From an uncultured Nitrososphaeraceae archaeon (GTDB taxonomy: Archaea; Thermoproteota; Nitrososphaeria; Nitrososphaerales; Nitrososphaeraceae): a DNA stretch of 34,409 nt. The translations under genes and the position numbers were made by a program. Within the stretch, counting starts at the first letter, position 1. Every line of letters starts with the position of its first letter. Below the pieces are notes generated by a model, which worked only from the letters and a program-made list of their open reading frames with translations, was not told the origin of the DNA and ran no database searches. Positions 29,886-34,409 of this stretch are shown in pieces. Location of the stretch: NCBI GenBank assembly GCA_963837175.1, contig CAWIMJ010000002.1, positions 1-34,409 of the forward strand, written 5' to 3'.

Positions 29886-30406
29886 TGAATTACTTTTTCA
29901 ATACGAATTATTTTTCCAAGAAAATTCGTACCATCTTTATAATTAATCTACGGTACCGATATATATTTCAATAAATCACTATATTTTTATCTTTCTTTGA
30001 CTATTCTAGTATTTTGGTAAGAAGGGAGATAGTATTACATTTTTTAGAATTACTCTTCTTATCTGAGACTATTAGAATTTTACATTTAATAATAACTAAT
30101 TATTCATGGATTGTCAAAATTACTACATTAACAAAAAACTATCAATATAATAACGATAAGTAATAAAGCCATACTTTGAAGAACCAGGATTTTACGAGTC
30201 CTCTTATATCCAATAACAATATTACCGCTAAAAAATAAAACACAATTCAACGTTCTAAACTTTTTTCCACAACATGACTTTTAATTTATATGGCTAAATT
30301 AATTGTAGATAATTCTAGACATTTAAAGTATTTTAGTAAATGTTGTAATTTAATCTCTGAATTTTTTTGGTCTTGTTATTCTTTGCAATAATGAAAATTA
30401 GATAAT

Positions 30407-31818
30407 CTAGAGATTTGAATTAGGAGATGATCGAAGTCTCTCTTCTATTTTTATTCGTTCATCTGTAGTAATACTATTAAGTATTTTTTCGCGTGCGTCT
30501 TTAGGAAGTACTTTATCAAATATGTCAGTTAGCTCGTCGGTACTAAGCATATTTAGAAATTCTCCAAGTTTTTGTAGAGGTATATCTAAAAATGCTGCTA
30601 GGTTTTCTGCTGTTGGCTTATCATGCAGTTCTAAAAATTTCTGTACTTCCACTTGATTAAGCAGGGTTCGAAGCTGAGTACGTTCAGTAAGATCTACAAT
30701 TACTGCTGAACCAGGAATAATCGCAGTAATCGCAAATCCTAAATTTTGAGCAACTGGAATTATCTTAGCTCGTTCAGATGGATTATATTTTGTTGAAATT
30801 TCTTGACGTGTTTCTGGTGAAAGTATGATGGCATCTCCGTGTTGTTCTAACTGTTGTGGTGTAGTTCCAGCTGATGATTCGGTTGATATAGGAAGTGCTT
30901 TTGGTAATGTTGATGGCTGGTATGATTGAGCTTGTACATCTGGTAGCATCTTAAAAGATTTGCTCATACTGTTTATTACTAGATACAAAATTTCTGCACG
31001 TGCAGCTGGACTAAGTCTGTCAAGGAACATCTTGGATTCAACCAAGTCCTGTCTTGTATCAGGTATGACCATATTATCTACTATATTATTTAAAAATTTT
31101 GTACGTTTTTCTGGAGGTTGACTATCAAGATAATCTTCGGATTTGATTACATCTTCTTTAATATCAGATATATCGACAGCTGGTCCTGGCTGTGGTACTG
31201 CGATATTACAGGTTTCGATGCTGGGATCGCAGGACAGTTGTATGAACATCTTGTTGTTCTTTAATGCTGCTGCTATCACCGATAATGCTGCCGATATCAA
31301 AGTTATTTTTGATGGTGGCGCCGCTACTACTACTACTACTGCTACTGCCGCTAATGCTGCTGCTATCACCGATAATGTTGCCGATATCAAAGTTATTTTT
31401 GATGGTGGCGCCGCAGCCGCTACTACTACTGCTACTACTAGCTACTACTGCCGCTAATGCTAGCTGCTATCACCGATACGGCTGCCGATATCACCTACCT
31501 TATTTTTGATGGTGGCGCCACGCCGCTACCGCTACTACTACTACTACTACCGCTACTACTGCTACTACTACTATCACCGTCACCGCCGCTACTACTGCTG
31601 CTATCACCGTCACCGCCACTACTACTGCTGCTATCACCGTCACCGCCACTACTGCCACTATCATCTCCGTCTTTCTGTGCATATATAATCAAAGGATTAC
31701 TTATTATCGAACCAATTAAAATTAAAACTAGTGCTAATAGTGATGCTGCTGTTATAATATTATTTTTTTGGTAGAAAATTTGTCCTTGAAATATTATTCG
31801 ATTTTTTATGTAATGCAT
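30407..31818 (-). pseudogene. Exported Ser/Gly-repeat protein with an MgtE-N/FliG-like helical C-terminal region; several frameshifts
   Basis: Signal peptide ending IYAQ, (SSSSGGDGD)n, three GATIKNNFDIGSIIGDSSS-type units, then helical repeats (FLDRLSPAARAEIL, FLNMLSTDELTDIF). Confidence 0.6.
31262..31660. repeat. Nested low-complexity tandem repeats
   Basis: Three units of about 90-103 bp starting TAATGCT..GCTATCACCGATA (31262, 31352, 31455), then three 30-bp CTATCACCGTCACCGCC(G/A)CTACT units with CTA microsatellites. Confidence 0.9.
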
Positions 31819-32926
31819 TTTCCTTCGTCCATAATATTTATTAAAAAAGAAATAACATTTTTAAATATATTCATTGGTGTTATTAAATTATATAAAACCA
31901 ATATAATATAAGATTTTCTAATAAATTTAGTGTAATATTATTTGTATCCGATACTTCTATTTACTCAAACTCAAAGTAAATCAATCCACTAAAGTAGCCA
32001 TATGTAATTCAAACATTGTTTGACGAAATTATTGAAAATACTATAAACTAGGAAATGATTTTCCGAAAAAATAATGTAAAAGATTTTTCTTATAATATCT
32101 TAATAGAAAAGTATGAAAACATAGTTTTTTCCAGCTAATATCAAAGCAATTCAAATTATCATTATATTCTCCTTTACTATTTAGGTTATTCTTAACTTTA
32201 TTTACTAATGTTGTTCTATAAGTTTATTTGTCGAGAATGGCTTTTGTTCCTATGCTTACACTAAGAGAGGATGAACTACCTATCTTCAAATAGAATGCGA
32301 GCAGAACTCTGAACGTTATGACACTTGATTGTAACAAAGGAAGAGTGATAAAACACAAGAATCAACTGTAAATATAACTAGAGATATTCAAGTATTTGCT
32401 TCCGATATAAAATCATAACTAATTTCGCTACATGTATAGAATCTATAAGTATGCAGAAGTAATAATGATGTTGAAGGTTCGATACCATTTGGTCTTTCTG
32501 AATCTGTGCTCTCCTTCCCGGATAATAACAAAAACACATATAGACAGCTTGTAGGAGCAACTCTAACAAGTTATAGATGAACAATAAGAATATTTTTATA
32601 ATTTAATTTTGACTTTTTTTATTATCACTCTCAACTGCCGCTCATAAATGAATATTTTTCTACAATCTATTATGTATAATACGGACTTTTTGATGTATCA
32701 ATATATTTACAATTTTGTAAGGTCATTTTGGGCATTCACGTTTATTCCTGAGGACGATATATACTTCGTTGACTAAAATAATAGGAGTACGGAAATATTA
32801 GATATATTACATATCACCCATTCTTGATTTAGCAATATTATCTTGATTCTCAGACTCGCATTGTTTAGAACAATTAATGGGAAATAAAACATTATTTACT
32901 TCAATACGATATATACCAGCTAAGTA

Positions 32927-34097
32927 ATGCCAAATGCAAAGATATCGAATTATATTCTATTTTTGATTCCATTACTTTCTATTATACTATTATATATACC
33001 TATATCTTGCCGTGTTTTTGCCCTGTCTCCTACTTTTCCTCGTCAAGAAATTAAAGATGAACCTGTTGATTGGATAGACATGAATACACAGGAACGAAAC
33101 AATACAGGAAATCGATATACTGATATACGAAGAGTTAATTATTTTAGCGATGGCAATATTTTTAATGCCACACTTTGGTTGAAAGGCGGACCAGATAGAA
33201 TTCCTTCTTCTAGCTATAAGAATTTGATAAGTTATGGGATGTATATTGATGCTGATTCTAATAAGGAGACTGGATGGGGAGGAGTTGACTATCAAATGGA
33301 AATCACATGGCAAAATGAAATGTGGATCAGAAGGATGGTAGAATACTCCTCGCTTGGTGATCAGAGAGTATTGAATATACAATATCCTTATATCGGATTC
33401 TTTGAAGAGATGGGCAATTACGTTTTGTTATCTTTGGATCTGAATGACATGATATTCCCTGATAAATATAAAGTGATATTTTATGCAGGAGAAAAAGAAG
33501 AAAATTCTTCTATCTCGAAAATAGATTTTACTAATTGGGTGAATGTTCCGCCGCCAAAATTTGTAGTATCGACCAAACCAAGCTCTGTAGAGTTAAGACC
33601 TGGAGAAATAGAAACTATCACAGTGCTTGTAAATTCAACAACAGGTTTTGAACCTATAGTCTATCTTTCTGCTGTTAACCAGAGTGGAATAGAATGGAAG
33701 TTTAAACTAGATGAATTACACATACCTTCCTATGGCATGGAATCTACACCTTTACAAATCACGGTCTCAGAAAATGCAGATATTCAGCCACATATACTAA
33801 ATATATTTGCCAATGCAACTTTTCCATCAGAAGAATTAATTAAAACTAGAATCTCATGGAGAACCTAGTTCTGTCATACCTAGAGAAATAGGAAGTGAGA
33901 ATACAACGGAGCAGTCAACTTTAATGATAGATGTACAAGCTCCCTTGAGTACAGAAGAAAGGATGACTAATTTTTGGAATACATTCGGACAACCCATAAA
34001 TTTTGTATATGTAGTTGCTGCAGGAATTACACCATGGGTTTTAATCAAGATTAGAGAGAAATTAAGAAAAGCAAAGAGCAAAAATATTAATTATTAG
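32927..34097 (+). CDS. Exported protein with C-terminal TM anchor, paralogue of 10267-12552; frameshift near 33850
   Basis: Shared motifs SP.F.RQ...DW, I..V.Y..D....N.T.WL and D.TN.V.VPPPKF. A second frame continues EPSSVIP...FWNTFGQPINFVYVVAAGITPWVL to TAG at 34097. Confidence 0.75.
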
Positions 34098-34409
34098 ACA
34101 AATTTAATACTTAGAATGTTGTATGTTAATATTGTATCGCCTCAGCTGGACTAAGCTTTCATAATAGCGTTTAAATTATCAGAATTACTAGAATGATAGA
34201 ACATCCTACCCGATAAAGATAGATTTAGTATATATCTTAATAACGAGGAACTTTAACTCCTATGCTTATTAATTATAAAATGGTGTTTTTACACTATTAA
34301 AGAGAACATATAGCTTTTAAGATATTTATGATAATAAGATATATACTTTCATATATATCATAAAATACTAGAATCAAACTAAAATAAGTAGAAGATACAC
34401 ATTTTGTAT

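Noticed and set aside
31262-31660. Possible CRISPR-like array
   Set aside because: The units are coding low-complexity repeats without unique spacers, and there are no cas genes.
31143-31774. Poly-Leu, poly-Tyr and poly-Val ORFs in alternative frames
   Set aside because: Shadow frames of the CTA-rich Ser/Gly repeat.
515-33382. Numerous antisense ORFs of 60-140 aa in the track (e.g. 15523-15948, 16328-16663, 20213-20605, 22568-22966, 28985-29260, 32990-33382)
   Set aside because: They lie opposite well-supported genes or relics and have no motifs.

Overview
AT-rich archaeal DNA. The protein families point to a soil ammonia-oxidising thaumarchaeon of the Nitrososphaeraceae (inference from family resemblance). 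The main feature is an integrated mobile element next to a tRNA-Ala(CGC) gene (29811-29885, minus strand). A tyrosine integrase with a C-terminal zinc ribbon reads out of the tRNA 3' end. A divergent wHTH/RHH regulator pair follows, then a co-oriented minus-strand operon: small Zn-finger, conserved hypothetical, a wHTH protein with Rep_trans-like motifs, a 53-aa peptide that copies the N-terminus of the next gene, and a type IIB topoisomerase-like pair (Topo VIB-like GHKL ATPase plus short Topo VIA/Spo11-like TOPRIM subunit). To its left is an accessory region with a RadA-like relic, an intact IS5-family element (TIRs, 8-bp TSD), a STAND NTPase-TPR (NLR-like) gene with near-identical 102-bp repeats, membrane or exported proteins and an orphan histidine kinase. 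The far left holds a decaying cluster with a cupredoxin and an unannotated Cys-rich mini-protein. Many genes carry single-base indels, several in homopolymers, so some apparent pseudogenes may be sequencing artefacts. I found no second att copy.
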